Source: Microcoleus sp. (GTDB taxonomy: Bacteria; Cyanobacteriota; Cyanobacteriia; Cyanobacteriales; Microcoleaceae). Taken from it: 64,000 bases of DNA. Below the pieces are notes generated by a model. It saw only the letters and a list, made by a program, of their open reading frames with translations, was not told the DNA's origin and searched no databases. The stretch lies in the NCBI GenBank assembly GCA_042408215.1, contig JAYFMW010000014.1, forward strand, positions 32,001 through 96,000. The letters run 5' to 3'. Shown here one piece after another: positions 63,216 through 64,000 of the stretch (its first letter is position 1; every line of letters starts with the position of its first letter). Both the position numbers and the translations under genes were made by a program.

Positions 63216-64000
63216 TTAATTCTTAATCCCCGTCGCCGCAATACCCCGCATAAACTGCCGCTGACCCGCCAAAAACAGCAACACCACCGGCAGAGTCCCA
63301 ATTACCACGGCGGCCATCAACAACTGCCAACTGCTAGTAAACTGTTCCTGAAACTCAGCCAAAGCCAACTGTACCGTCCGCAACTCCGGCCGCGTCGTAA
63401 ACACCAGCGGCTTAAACAAATCGTTCCACTCCCCGATAAAAGTAAACAAAAACAGCGTCACCAAAGCAGGGCGCGCCAAAGGCAACATCACCCGCCACAA
63501 AACCTGCCAGCGGTTAGCCCCATCCAGCATTGCCGCCTCTTCGAGCTCCACCGGAATTGTCAGGAAATATTGACGCAGCAGAAAAATCCCAAAACCATTA
63601 GCAGCCGTCGGCAAAATTAGCGCCCCGTAAGTATTCAGCAAATGGCCCCACTTCAAAACCAAGAAAATTGGAATCACCAAAAGCTGAAAGGGAATTACCA
63701 GCGTTGCCAAAACCCCCAACACAATCGCCTGTCGCCCGCGAAACTTCAGCCTGGCCAAGGCGTAACCAGCCAAAGCCGAAGTTATGACCTGAAAACCGGT
63801 CACTGCGATCGCCACTAGAGTAGAATTAAGGAATGCCAACAAAAAATTTCCCCGCCGCCAAGCCTCCTGATAGTTCGCGAAAGTTAGGCCAGTGGTGTTG
63901 ACACCGACACCAGATGGTGATACAGAAACCAAAAATACAGCAGCTAATGGTAGCAGCACCAGCGCTGCCCCCGCCAGCAACAACAGAAAACTCAGCATTT
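63216..64000 (-). CDS. Carbohydrate ABC transporter permease (may start beyond the window edge)
   Basis: EAA motif ELEEAAMLDGA, WNDL, multiple TMs. Confidence 0.92.
   Translation of the reverse strand, partial: MLSFLLLLAGAALVLLPLAAVFLVSVSPSGVGVNTTGLTFANYQEAWRRGNFLLAFLNSTLVAIAVTGFQVITSALAGYALARLKFRGRQAIVLGVLATLVIPFQLLVIPIFLVLKWGHLLNTYGALILPTAANGFGIFLLRQYFLTIPVELEEAAMLDGANRWQVLWRVMLPLARPALVTLFLFTFIGEWNDLFKPLVFTTRPELRTVQLALAEFQEQFTSSWQLLMAAVVIGTLPVVLLFLAGQRQFMRGIAATGIKN

Overview
This is a chromosomal window from a filamentous cyanobacterium. The HIP1 octamer GCGATCGC, heptamer STRRs and gene content suggest an Oscillatoriales/Microcoleus-like host (inference). Housekeeping content: putA, the pntA1-pntA2-pntB transhydrogenase operon, glgP, a glk/debranching/treZ/treY glycogen-trehalose cluster, dnaK, ABC transporters, a PAS-GGDEF-EAL protein, two GT39-like paralogs and S8/M28 peptidases. 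The notable part is 23.6-36.9 kb, which is dense in OMEGA (IS200/IS605-type RNA-guided) elements with no TnpA in the window. (1) An intact IscB plus omegaRNA is inserted into the last codons of pntA2. (2) Two protein-free omegaRNA/HEARO-like elements each sit directly in front of a host ATGA start codon, separating it from its upstream RBS-like sequence. (3) There are two TnpB elements and one deleted remnant. Also present: a 9x105-bp tandem array of a double-hairpin REP-like unit next to an HTH gene and a broken RM gene; a 22x~38-bp spacer-less array between treZ and treY; nested REP/MITE repeats; in-frame repeat insertions in two genes; and a PAD-like protein with three of four catalytic residues replaced. 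Many single frameshifts across unrelated genes suggest assembly indel errors.
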